Below, piece after piece: positions 13,250 through 25,379 of a stretch of 46,261 nt of DNA (the stretch's first letter is position 1; the number at the start of each line of letters is the position of its first letter). The stretch comes from Octopus bimaculoides. Taxonomy: Eukaryota. Made by a program: the position numbers and the translations under genes. Under the pieces are notes generated by a model. That model was given only the letters and a program-made list of their open reading frames with translations, made no database searches and was not told the DNA's origin. Where the stretch lies: NCBI RefSeq assembly GCF_001194135.2, contig NC_068995.1, positions 25,790,516 through 25,836,776 on the forward strand, in the 5' to 3' direction.

Positions 13250-14925
13250 GGTCGGAGATTCGCCTCTGAAAAGGGAATGAAGATTCATCGGACAAAAATT
13301 AAACGTACCACCAAAACAGTAATTCATGAGCAGTGCACTAAAAATGCAGATAAGGCCAAAGCCAGGTTGCAAACCAGAGTGCAAATGAGTTTACTATGGG
13401 AATACAGTCCCAAGAAGCACAAACAGTGTCCATGATTCAAATTCCTTCCAGCGAGCAGTGAACGGGCTTGGGATCCACTTTACAAGGAAATCTGCAAGGC
13501 TTAATACAAAACCCTGGGTACCTAGAAGTATGACAAGCACCCAGAGGCTTGGGGCGAAATAATATACAGTATTAGCAGACAGTACTTTGGTGTTAAAGAA
13601 GCGAAGAGCAAGAAACCGACCGGAAAGAATAAGCAGCAAAGGGAGATGGGATCCAGAGGATATAGAAAGAGATGCCTGAAGAAACAACTGCAGACTTCAA
13701 GTCCCGAGGAGAAAGAAGTTTTGTTGCAGATTCGCAAAGACCTGAAGAAAAACAGCACAGCGCCCTCAGCAGTGCAGACTACTTGAGGAAAAGTAGATTT
13801 ATACCGGAAAAAGAGCAGGACCGGTTCTTCAATGAGCCGCTCAAACACGCTAGGAGCCTCTTTGATCGACCACGGTCAGATGTACTAGACATTGAGAAAA
13901 AGTCTCTTGAAGCTCACCTGAGAAGACGTATTCCGACCCTAAACGACAACAACCACTTGACCATAATACAAACTTAGTGTGGCCAAGTCGTCCTGGGGTG
14001 GAATTCAACAAACCTCCAACACGTGCTGAAGTAAGGAAAGTTGTCAATAAGACAAGGAACAAATAAGTTCCTGTATAAGAAATGCCCAAATATTCTGAAA
14101 TGGTTGCATGCAAGATTCACACTGGTTTGGAAGAATTGGATGAAGGAAAATGGATTGTACATACCAAAGAAACAAGACACAAGGAATCAACCAATTCCGA
14201 TTAATTTCACTCCTGAATGTCGAATGGAAAATATTCTTCTTGATAATGGCTCTCAGACTAACCAATTATCTACTCCATAATGGCTATGTAGACACGTCTT
14301 TTGAGAAGGTTGGTGTGCCAGGGATAGTTGTATGCCTTGAACATGGGAACATGATCTGAGAATCTATTCAGAAAGCAAGAGAGAATAAGACTGGCCTTGA
14401 TGTAATTGGTTAGATCTAAAAAACGCGTATGGCTCTGTTTCACATCAGATGATTCAGCTGACACTCCAGATGTATCATGTACCGGAAGCAATGCGCGAAA
14501 TGCTTGATTCCACTTCTCGGGATTTCAGAAGCAGTTCAGCCCCAAGAGATACACAACTGCCTGGGCTAGATTGGAGATTGGAATTGGGATAGGTTGTGCA
14601 ATGTTACCAATACTCTTCGTGATGATAATGCAGGTAATTCTTAGGGCAGTAGAAAGCAAAGCAAGTGTGGCAGACCTTGGCAGTGGATGTAAGGTGCCAC
14701 CCCTGAAAACCTACATGGACGACACTACTATCCTTGCATCATCAAAGGAGTCAGAAACCTGGAATCTACTCATCCAACTGGACGAGTTGATGGTCTGGTG
14801 TGGATTGGCTTTCAAATCCAAGAAATCTAGGAACCTCTCCCTAAGGAAAGGAAAAATGAAGGAAAATATTAGCTTCAAAGTCGGTGGCCCAAAGTTTCCT
14901 ACTGTATCGAAGCAGCCAGTGAAAG
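13250..14925 (+). mobile_element. HERO-like LINE, N-terminal and RT region, degenerate
   Basis: QGINQFRLISLLNVEWKIFF, KVGVPGIVVCLEH, WLDLKNAYGSVSH, GIGIGCAMLPILFVM, PPLKTYMDDTT, FKSKKSRNLSLRKGK, PTVSKQPVK; many frameshifts. Confidence 0.82.
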
Positions 14926-15115
14926 AAAGGCATGGTCTGTCACAAACTGTGCACACAAAAAGGTCATTGTGATCCGTCTTCTTGATCGTAACATTATTCT
15001 TGAAATCTCTCTTGAGTCTTGCATGCGTTTTCCTGGCCTCTTCAAACGCTTTCACTCCACACTTTTGTTTGCCATCCAGTTCGATCCGAAACAAAGGGTT
15101 TCTATGTCGTCTGTA
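14915..15115 (-). mobile_element. RTE-type LINE C-terminal fragment
   Basis: GVKAFEEARKTHARLKR...FVCTVCDRPCLS resembles the RTE ORF C-terminus (G...FE..R...A..KR followed by a C-x2-C zinc-finger-like motif). Confidence 0.55.
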
Positions 15116-15121
15116 AATATA

Positions 15122-16235
15122 CAGGGTGCGTACGGTATTTCAGAACATTGGGTGGGGGGGTTGCTGCAATTTTTGCTAAATCTGTATAATCTTTGCTTCA
15201 GAAAATAATAATGGCAGAACCTCAGCTTACTCAAGAAATGAAGAGGCATGCTGTTATTGTGGTTATAAAAGCTGAGCATAGCCATTTAGAAATATCTCGA
15301 TTTTTAAAAGTTGCCAGATCTTTCGTAAGGTGCTACATACTGAAGATGGAAATGTATCACCAGTATCAAAGCATTTAAAGCATCTTAAACGCCCTGAAAT
15401 CATCAGAACACATGAATTTATCAAGCAAGTTCAACAGACCATTGATTACAATCCCAGAAAGTCCATGACGTCAAACGCAAAAGATCTCCACATGTCAGAA
15501 GGAACAGTCAGAAATGTTGTCCACGAAGACATATAAGTCTTATATGATGAGGAAAGGTCAATTTGTCAGAAAAGGCAAAAGAAAATCGCTACACTCTGAT
15601 CTAAAAGACTCTTAAACAAACTGAGAAATCCAGAAGAAGATTTGATTTCGTTGTTCGCAAACGAGAAAAACTTCGACAAAGATAAAAAAAGTTAACAGAA
15701 GAAATGACAGATGTTTATATACATGCACTTCCGAAGTTCTGAGTGTTATGCATACAAAATTTCCTGCAAGTGTCATGGTTTTAGGGGTTGTCAGCAATGA
15801 AGGACATGTGATGCTTCCTTACTTCTTTCAACAAGGCCTTAGAGTTATCTCTGCCGCCTACATTGAGGTCCTGGAAATAATTAAACCCTGGATAGACTGT
15901 AAGCAACGGGAGGTCATATGTGTTTCAGTAAGACTCTGCACTATCAAACATGACTCTAGTAATTCAGGAATAGATGGCTGAAAATGTTCATGATCACATA
16001 ACCCCTAACATTTGGCCTCCTAATTCCCCAGATCTCAATCCATTGGTCTATTACAGTGGAACATTGTTGAGAGAGAGGTCAATGGACACGCCCATAACAC
16101 CAAAGATACTTTGCTAGCTGCCATAGTCAGAGTAATGTCCAAAATGAACCAGGACCACTTGATTCGAGCATGTAGATGATTTAGATCTCATATAGAAGCA
16201 GTTGTTGAAGCTGAAGGTGCCTTTGTTGAATAACA
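15122..16235 (+). mobile_element. Tc1/mariner DD37D (maT) transposon, dead; transposase pseudogene 15211-16233
   Basis: TA then CAGGGTG left terminus. MAEPQLTQEMKRHAV, HTH-like region, NEKNF, SVMVLGVVSNEG, FQ*DSA and WPPNSPDLNPLVY with 37 residues between the second D and the third catalytic position. Right TIR not seen (gap 16254-16410). Confidence 0.88.
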
Positions 16236-16410
16236 TTATAGAAAAGAAAGTTTNNNNNNNNNNNNNNNNNNNNNNNNNNNNNNNNNNNNNNNNNNNNNNN
16301 NNNNNNNNNNNNNNNNNNNNNNNNNNNNNNNNNNNNNNNNNNNNNNNNNNNNNNNNNNNNNNNNNNNNNNNNNNNNNNNNNNNNNNNNNNNNNNNNNNNN
16401 NNNNNNNNNN

Positions 16411-16441
<31 letters not shown>

Positions 16442-17018
16442 GGAATAAAAACGCAATGGAGGACAATAAAAGTAGATCTAATATATAAATCCATTGAACT
16501 ACATTTCACATGTTTTTCCACACAATAAATACCACATACATACCTACATACCTACATACATACATGCATACCTATACGTATGTATATGGACGTATATATA
16601 CGCGTGTGTATGTTTAATTATGCTTCTGCCACACATCTAACTCTATTGTCACTTCATTTTGACTCAATATATATCGTAGATATCAACAATACCCTGTAAT
16701 AGATAAAAAGAAAAAAAAAACACCATCAATAAAATATCAGTTTGAGACAAAGTCTTCCCTTGAATCACATCATACAGATAACATTGATATTTAGTATGAA
16801 ACTAAGTCATTAAATATTAGTCATTTGTTCTATTATAATAGACTTTTTCTACACAACGTATTGAATACCATTTTTGTTCATGAAAACATAAATTGTTGTT
16901 GTTGTTGTTGTTGTTGTTGTTATATGATGGATGTATGTATGAGTGTGCGCACGTGTGTGTGCTCACACACACACACACAATTAAATAAACATATATATAT
17001 ATATATAATCACCTACAG

Positions 17019-17184
17019 GGTCTTCGAGATGCTGCATATGGAGAAGGTACTGGACCTATTTTCATCGATAATGTGCTTTGCTCAGGCAAGGAGAGTCACT
17101 TTTATCAATGTCCACATAATGGCTGGATGAACCATAATTGTAATCACAATGAAGATGCAGCAGTACAATGCTTCAACTCATCAG
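17019..17184 (+). CDS. SRCR domain 1, C-terminal half (exon, phase 0-1)
   Basis: Acceptor cctacAG, donor GTTAAT at 17185. Translates GLRDAAYGEGTGPIFIDNVLCSGKESHFYQCPHNGWMNHNCNHNEDAAVQCFNSS and completes the domain begun at 8749. Not called in this frame by the ORF track. Confidence 0.93.
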
Positions 17185-17439
17185 GTTAATACAGCTAATT
17201 ATTTTTTATTATGTACTTGTGTATGAATCTTTAGAATTAAAAGAATTTGGATAGTGTATTACTGAATGCATAGTTTAAGCAGTTTTAGTCGTCTATTCAG
17301 GGTGATATGTTAGTGAATAAGTTTAGTCTGGGACCTGAGTTAACATTGAGGAAGGATGGGTTAAATTTCCGAAGTGAAAAATAGTTATGTGGCAAATTGT
17401 GAAGGAACGGGAGCAAATAGTGTTACTCTGCTCTCCACC

Positions 17440-17985
17440 TCTTCTTTAATGCATATTAATCTTCCACGTATTGACTTTACCAAAGTCAGCTGTGAACTGG
17501 AAGGAGTTCTTTAAAAAGGCCTTCCTTTGCCTCCGCTTCTCTTTCTGCTTTTTCCGAAGTAATTCTGCTCTGCCGAGCAGGTTTCTTGCATGCTAAGATG
17601 GTTTAAAGCTACTTTATTTTTATCATTTGCTTTTTTTCAGCTTTGCTTCAGCTGCTTAGCTCTTTCCTGAATCCAGCCATCTGACGCTGCCTCCTACTAG
17701 TGGGCGATCTGCTCGTTGCTTTTGTTTTCCCTCACACCAAAAGTATCTTGGAATGCCTGGTATACCACTTGCACAATGGTTCATGTCTTCCTGGTTGCGT
17801 CAACCTTCAGAATGTTGTCCAGGATGATATTCAAGTCCGTGTCGAATTAGACCCATCTCTGATCTGTAGTTGGTGGTTAATTCAGCTCTGGTTTCTTCTC
17901 GAAACTCTCGAGACTTTCAAATTTATCCACTGCTCTTGTGCACTGAGGAAGCTGAACATCTGGGCACTATAGTTTACCTCCATGA
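17440..17985 (-). mobile_element. HERO-like LINE N-terminal fragment
   Basis: LDTDLNIILDNILK..VYQAFQDTFGVRE..AKQLKQS*KKA..; same region as 13400-13900 in the opposite orientation. Confidence 0.6.
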
Positions 17986-18696
17986 CAATGAAAATATGAC
18001 ATGAATATAAAGACAAATGGCAATCATGTAATGATACACACGCCAACCAATAAAAGGAGTACCACCAATGAATTGGTAAACAAAATAACGATAACCATAC
18101 CCAGTGCTTTAATATGTCATTCGGAGACCGTACTATAAAATTTATAGTAATAACACAAAATGAAGCTGCTTCAATGTATATAAGACAATCCCAAAATACT
18201 GCCTTATGGTTACAGGGATGTTAAACAATAGTTGCAGGGAAAAGGAATCGGTTTCAATAAACAACATACTCCACACCATGTATTGGTAACATGTTAATGT
18301 GCGCACGCACACACACACACACACATACACAAACACACACGTACACACACACACGTACACACACATACACACATTTTACAAAGTAATTATCTCATTACTA
18401 TTTACGAAGATTTGCTATGATATAAACCATAGCTATAGGAATACTATACTGGGCTTCATTGAAACAACTATCTAACGAATTAAATTCGGAACTATCGATG
18501 CGAAGCACTGCATTAACAGCAGCTTGAATGGCAACCGTGTTTGTAATGATTTAAAAACCATTTCTTAGATGGAAAACTGTGGTTATTATGTATTTGTATC
18601 TATACATTTTTCTAGAATTATGTCTGAAAATACGAATTCATGTAATTCTTTTAATCAGAGAGATTTCCACAAAATTCTTACTTTCCTCTATTGCAG

Positions 18697-19026
18697 TGCG
18701 CTTGGAATCTCGCAGCGGAATTAATGCTGGAATCGTTATGATGAGAATTAACGAAGAATGGTTTATGGTCTGTGATTCGATGTGGGATGATATGGATGCT
18801 CGTGTAGTTTGCACTCAACTTGGTTTTGTTGATGGCAAAAGCATGTGCTGTTCTACACTTGGTAACAGAGATTCCCATGCAGTGTCCACTGTGGAAAATA
18901 TCAACTGTACTGGTAACGAAAAAATCCTTCAGGATTGCAAACATACAAGAAGACTTTGGGGACGTTGTTACGATAATGCTGCTTCTGTAATTTGCTACAA
19001 TACATCAGCGCAGGACGTTGATAATT
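18697..19026 (+). CDS. SRCR domain 2 (single 330-nt exon, phase 1-1)
   Basis: Acceptor ctttcctctattgcAG, donor GTAAGT. VRLESRSGINAGIVMMRINEEWFMVCDSMWDDMDARVVCTQLGFVDGKSMCCSTLGNRDSHAVSTVENINCTGNEKILQDCKHTRRLWGRCYDNAASVICYNTSAQDVDN. Confidence 0.93.
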
Positions 19027-19064
19027 GTAAGTCATTAAGGATTTACAAGAATTGAAAAAAAATT

Positions 19065-19111
<47 letters not shown>

Positions 19112-19149
19112 TGAGTGTGTGCTGTTATGTGTATGTGTGTGTGTGTGTG

Positions 19150-19455
19150 TAGGCGCTGCCTGGTCAAATGCTTCAGAAATTTGCTTTGTAATCATGAGGC
19201 TCTAATTTCGATTCTGCTGCTTGGTATCTTTAGTAAAAGTCATTTTCCATAGCATCGCGTCGACCTATACCTTCTGGACGGAAAGTGTAGAGAAACCCGT
19301 CGGGTGCATTGGTTATGTAATGCAAAGGTCCAGCTTTGTCACACTGTGTCACGTTAAGGGCATACCTGTCTATGGAATAGTCAACAGCTGAAACACCTAC
19401 CCGTTAATTTAATGACAGGTATTGCAGTTGATTGACCAACTGAGCACTCATGATC
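19150..19455 (+). mobile_element. Decayed tRNA-derived SINE
   Basis: Degenerate tRNA-like head (tggtcaaatgcttcag...ttcgattc), core related to the 46005-46133 copy (gtcgacctatacc, agaaacccgtcg), 3' tail cccgttaatttaatgacagg. Confidence 0.5.
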
Positions 19456-21433
19456 GGAATTCTGTTAACTGCATTGTATTTATTTTTCTCAAAAAATTTG
19501 GATAACCGCATATCATTGGAATTTTTCCATTTCTTGCCGTTTTACATTTTTATGTGCAATAATGTTAATAGATTTTCAACGTAATACAATGCAAATGTGA
19601 ACATACTACATACGTTTTTTGCCAAATAGGACGTTCCTATGATATATTTTCCACGGCCCTGTTGTTGACATTCATAATCAGCATAACTACTTTCACTTTA
19701 TATACTGATCAAAGTTAACCCAGTATTCTACTGAGACCGTCGCTCCTTTGCGTACTTAAATGATTTGCAACGTCTTAGTAGCTATCCATACGAGCAGACT
19801 CGCGCTTATCAGGAGACTGATCAGTTCTTCTTATCAATTCATATATTTTCTCTTTATTGCTTTTAGTCTTCTTTGAATTAACATCACCACACATTTTCCT
19901 GGTTGCATACGCTCTTCGAGTTTACTTTATTGTCTTATTAGCAACTTATTGCTATGAAAGCGACGCCTCCGTGTCTCTGAATCAACTTGAGTCCTTTCTC
20001 CTTTTACTTTTTCTTGTTCTTTGATATATCCCTTCATGGACTCCTTCTCTCACTTCTAACACAATTTTGATCTTGCTCTTATTTCTAAGCCCTCTATCGA
20101 TTACCGTTATTTCCTTCTGATAACAAAGTGATTGTTAATGGAATTTAAATTTGTGTTGTATATACATTCGTTAACACCAACTTACTTCATACATATATGT
20201 ACGTGAATTACACAAATACTGAGCACCATAAAAAATTCTGCACTTACTAAGCACCAAAACCCAGAAACAGCTGTAAAGTATTAGCTGTATCCTCCTGTCT
20301 CTTATTTATGAAGTTCGAATATGCACTCTTCTAATATCTACCGATGTATCTATGAATAACTGCTATGGAGGATTATTGGGATCCTGCTCTCTTTTATCTG
20401 TGATATTAGAGCTTTCTGGATATCCGCATTTCTATTAAGAACTATGATGAACTCTCGCCTTCTTGATTTTCTTGTTTTTCTGCTTAATTATATTTTTACT
20501 CACTTCTTTACACCTATTTTATAAATGCCTTGATGTCATTAACAACAGCCTATCCCTCTATTATTTTATTATACTTTAATTAACTCGACCGATACATTGC
20601 TTGTAGCCAACTCGTATTTGCTTGATTTCCGTCCGTCTTCCTTTGACTTAGGACCTTATGTATCTAGTTCGGTCTCAGCACTAATTAGCTGTATCTATTA
20701 TACACGTTTTTGGCGTATTCTTACCCATTATATGTGTGTGATTTAATATATATTTGTGTGCGTGTGTGTATGTGTGTGTGTGTGTGTGTGTGCGTGCGTG
20801 TGTGTGTATGAGAGACAGAGAGAGTACGATTATGATTATGATTGCATAAACCGATCAATATCAAGGGATTTTATGGATATCAGACTTCAAATTTGATGAA
20901 CGCCATAATTAAACCTTTGTAACATTGAATATTTCCTTCTAGAATTATTTATGTCTTTTTCTAATTAACATCAAATATCCAGTTTTGGAGGTTTCATTTG
21001 AAACTGACGCTACTCAAAATTCCGTCCTTTCACTCTATTATCCAATGTAAGTATCAGTACGATAATAAGGAAGTTCAAATCCTAATCGGGTATTCTTTTT
21101 AACCGAACAGGTTATATGACAGACTTTAGATGTGTTAATGAATATGCAACGTTTATTTGCTCAAAGGATAAATTAAGCAGCTCCCACGAAATGCAAAATA
21201 TACTTTCACAATTTAATCTTAATATCAATAAATATGAAATACACTGAACTGCGAAAGAAACGTGAGACGTATGTGACTGTGAAATACGTTTTAATTTCAT
21301 TATGTCAGAAATGAATTTTGCTAAATCTGATAAAGTCAATTTCTTGGATTACTTTGACCACAGTCTATAGGTCGCTGTCATGTGTTCTGCTAGTGGGCTG
21401 ATACAGCACATCGAGATTGTAGGCGTGACATGT

Positions 21434-22437
21434 TCAATACCGTGTATGCGCTCCTTGGGTGTTCAAAACGGCCCTACACAGTCGGTACAGGGAGTGCATG
21501 AGGCGGTTCGCAAAAGCCATTGGCATCTGTGCCCACACCCTGAGGAAAGCTGCTTCCAGATCCACATGAGTTGTCGGACTTGTGATCACCTGGTTCAGCT
21601 GTCTCTGGATTTCATCCCACAGGTATTCAATTGGGTTCAAATCCGGGCTGAGAGCCGGCCACGGCATGGTTCTGATGCTGTACTGACGTGTGGGAGGGAG
21701 CATTGTCCTGCTTGAATATGTAGCTATGTTGACGCGCGAAGAAGGGTACGATATGAGGCCTTAGGATCTGGTCGATTTAGTGCTACGCTGTGATGCCATT
21801 CCCTCTGCTTGCACCAACATTTTGTAACACATAGGGCCCAATTCTCTGATTCAGGCCAATAGCACCCCATGATGCTTTGGCCACTCCATGGGTGGCTCTC
21901 CATGCTGCATGCGTCTCTGTAGGGTTCAACCCTCCTACACCATACCCTCATTCTGCCATCCGAGTTAGAAATGCAGATTTGGCTCTCGTTAGAAAAGACT
22001 ATCAACTTCTATTGTTAATGCCGCCAATGTCGGTGCTGTGTTGTTCACTGCATTCGCGCCTGACGGTGGCGGGCGGAGAGGACAAACCCTCGCGCAGGAC
22101 GACGGCAACGCAGGTTGTTGGCGGGTAGTCGACGTCATACCGTGTCGTCGCTGATGGGTCGCTGTCCAGTGCCAATGGTCTCGTGAGCTGTCACGCTGGT
22201 CAGTCTGAAGCGATCACGGAGATGTTGCAGGTGGATGAAGCGGTCCTGCCTGAGCGTGGTCACCCGAGGGTGCCCTCTGCGGGCACGGTCTGCAGTGCTG
22301 TTGTTGTTGTACGGCTGTTGCAGGCGATCGATGGTGCTGACATGGACATTGTAAGCATTCACAACAACCAGGGCATGCTGTCCTACTTGCAATCGGTCGA
22401 TAGCTTGTTCTCTCTGCGCTGCTGACAATCGGGTCAT
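21434..22437 (-). pseudogene. Tc1 (DD34E-type) transposase pseudogene
   Basis: MTRLSAAQREQAI.., GHPRVTTLRQDRFI, VFSNES (D to N), KQDNAPSH, WPALSPDLNPIEYLW, GAHTRY*; frameshifts and a deletion between the second D and the E. Confidence 0.92.
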
Positions 22438-22675
22438 ACCTGATGCGTCCAAATTACGAATTTATTTTGCATAAACTATACAAAGTTAAACAGAGAAGAG
22501 ACAGCACAAGGACAAACAGGGGTCGGGAACAAAACTCGAATGATATGGCATGATGTACAGAAAGATTACAAATTTATGACGATAGTATATCATACAGCGA
22601 ATGAAAATAAGGAGCGAGCGACCCCACGAACCACATCCATTCACTGAACCGATTGGTAACCCTTTGTGCTCTCGT

Positions 22676-25373
22676 TTAATTAGGTCCTTTCACTCCCAAC
22701 ATTCGCGCAACTTTCTTCCATCTCTTTTCATACTTACTTCGTGGCAGACTTACTTTCCTTCTAAGGTAGAAGAAAAAGAAGCTTACTAAAGCAAGGCCGG
22801 AGATGAAGGTGTATGTCATGATACCGTTCACACGTGTCTTCCACACTACCTCTTTTGCTGTAGCCACTACAGCTAGGAAACAAGCCTGCCCTTCTCTGTT
22901 TAGGGAAGGCGGTGGAACAATCTTAACTATCGACACGGTTAGCAGTTGTACTCTTCCTAGTTGTAACAGCAATTGTTCGACATCAAACCCACAGTTCCAA
23001 GAGCCCTGGCCCGAATGTTCTCCGGTACAAACTGGCATGTTGACTATCACCCAAGCCCAGAGTTGTCCCCTAGTCCGTTGTCACACTTCGTCTCTACCAA
23101 CCCTCTATAGAGTGCTGAGGTGGAACCTCCGCTGCCGGCATTACTCTCCGGGAGAGAAGTACGAGTGTCTGACTTGGTCTATACTTGATCCCCGGTTCCA
23201 GTTCACCGAAAGAAGTGAACCTGGAAAGTANNNNNNNNNNNNNNNNNNNNNNNNNNNNNNNNNNNNNNNNNNNNNNNNNNNNNNNNNNNNNNNNNNNNNN
23301 NNNNNNNNNNNNNNNNNNNNNNNNNNNNNNNNNNNNNNNNNNNNNNNNNNNNNNNNNNNNNNNNNNNNNNNNNNNNNNNNNNNNNNNNNNNNNNNNNNNN
23401 NNNNNNNNNNNNNNNNNNNNNNNNNNNNNNNNNNNNNNNNNNNNNNNNNNNNNNNNNNNNNNNNNNNNNNNNNNNNNNNNNNNNNNNNNNNNNNNNNNNN
23501 NNNNNNNNNNNNNNNNNNNNNNNNNNNNNNNNNNNNNNNNNNNNNNNNNNNNNNNNNNNNNNNNNNNNNNNNNNNNNNNNNNNNNNNNNNNNNNNNNNNN
23601 NNNNNNNNNNNNNNNNNNNNNNNNNNNNNNNNNNNNNNNNNNNNNNNNNNNNNNNNNNNNNNNNNNNNNNNNNNNNNNNNNNNNNNNNNNNNNNNNNNNN
23701 NNNNNNNNNNNNNNNNNNNNNNNNNNNNNNNNNNNNNNNNNNNNNNNNNNNNNNNNNNNNNNNNNNNNNNNNNNNNNNNNNNNNNNNNNNNNNNNNNNNN
23801 NNNNNNNNNNNNNNNNNNNNNNNNNNNNNNNNNNNNNNNNNNNNNNNNNNNNNCAAGACATACAGCAGAGGCAAGAGTGGACATCCTTGACGGACCGAGC
23901 GCCTGATGCAGAACGGCTCCGAGAAGAAACCGTTCACCCGAACGACCGACTTGATGTTGCTATATAAAGCGTTGATCCATCCGCGAAAGGTTGGGCTAAA
24001 TCTGCCCGTTGCGAGGACCGCCGCCGGATACTGATGGTCTACCCTATCAAAGGCTTTATATTGGTCTAAATGGACCAAGCCTTACCCTAGCCAGTAATTC
24101 TATTAACCCTCTCTAAGATGGAGATTGTCGTGTATAGACCTACCGGGGTTGGCGCAGGTTTGCGCCTCTCCGACAAGTCTACCCACGACTCGTGCCAATC
24201 TTTTTGCTAGTACTTTGGCCAAAATCTTCAACTCTGCGTTAAGCAGAGTGATGGACCTAAAATTATCAATTACATCCCCCCTTGTTTGAGTCCTTTCTAA
24301 GTAGCACCACTACCCCATGGCTCACAGACTTAAGAATACTCCCGTACTGCTGCCAGTTGGTGTAGACGCATGCTAGTAGGTACCCAAACAAGTCTAGCAT
24401 ACTATAATAAAGTTCATAAGGGAGACTATCTCGTCCCGGCGACCTGTCCCCACCACAGTCGACAAGGCCTCTTTCACTTCCTCGGCTGTGATTGGCCCTT
24501 CATAGCATTCCACATCCCACCCCGAGAGGCCCGGAAAACCGACGAGGAGGTCCTCTCTACGTCTCCTCCCTCCCCGAACAGCTGAGCGAAATGGTCGCGA
24601 AAGACCTTACACATTTCATCGTGCACTCATGCTGGTCCGTCAAGGACCTTAATGTGGCATTATTGACACACTGCGTCTCTAACACATGAGCCCATTCAGC
24701 AACGTTAATTTCCTCTCTGACAATGCAAAACTTGTATTTAACTTCGAAGTGATGGTTGAGTGCCATTCTCGCTGCCAGACTTCAATGTCGTTTCTAGATC
24801 ATTCTAAGTATGATCTAGAAGACCCATTGCTATTTTACTACGTCCACTGTGGAACATCCAGGTAATCTAGTTTATATCGATCTGCCAGCTGAAAACGACT
24901 AAGCAGATCGTTGAGGAAAGAGTTTCCCCTACGCGTGCATCGCAAATTGCGTTGAAGTCACCTAATAACACTAATGTGTGTGACGTACCAAGAATATTCT
25001 CTAGGCTTCTGAAAAGGTCAGACTGTCTAGTCCTGCAAGGGGCACAGACAGCTACCAAACTGAAAGTCTTACCACTTCTGTGCGTCACTTCAAGGACGAC
25101 CAGCCTGCCCTTCGTGTCAACAAAGTTTATTCTTGAGTAGAATTGCGACTCCTCTCCTCTCACCACTACCACCTCTAGGTTGACATGGAGAAATAACTTT
25201 CTCGTAGTTGTTTAGGTGAGGTGAAAAAAAATAAGCCGGCAATCCACTCAGTCTGGTCTTAGTAGTGACTATTACATCTAAAGGATGCGACCTGAGATCG
25301 ATAAGGAAACGTCTTTGTTTCCAATCCGACCCCAGGCCGCGAAATTTATACATCCTAAGTTAAACGAAAGCAT
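22676..25373 (-). pseudogene. L1/Tx1 ORF2 (APE endonuclease plus reverse transcriptase), disrupted
   Basis: MLSFNLGCIN/RGL, GVAILL, GRLVVLEV, AVCAP, LGDFNAI, SRSYLE; DNFRSITLLNAELKILAKVLAKRL, LDQYKAFDRVDH, VRQGCPLLPLLYVL; C-terminal AKEVVWKTR. Gap 23231-23853 and internal deletions. Confidence 0.9.
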
Positions 25374-25379
25374 AAAATG

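Noticed and set aside
19640-20700. Possible very old LINE endonuclease remnant on the minus strand (HGGVAFI)
   Set aside because: A single motif only; too degenerate to call.
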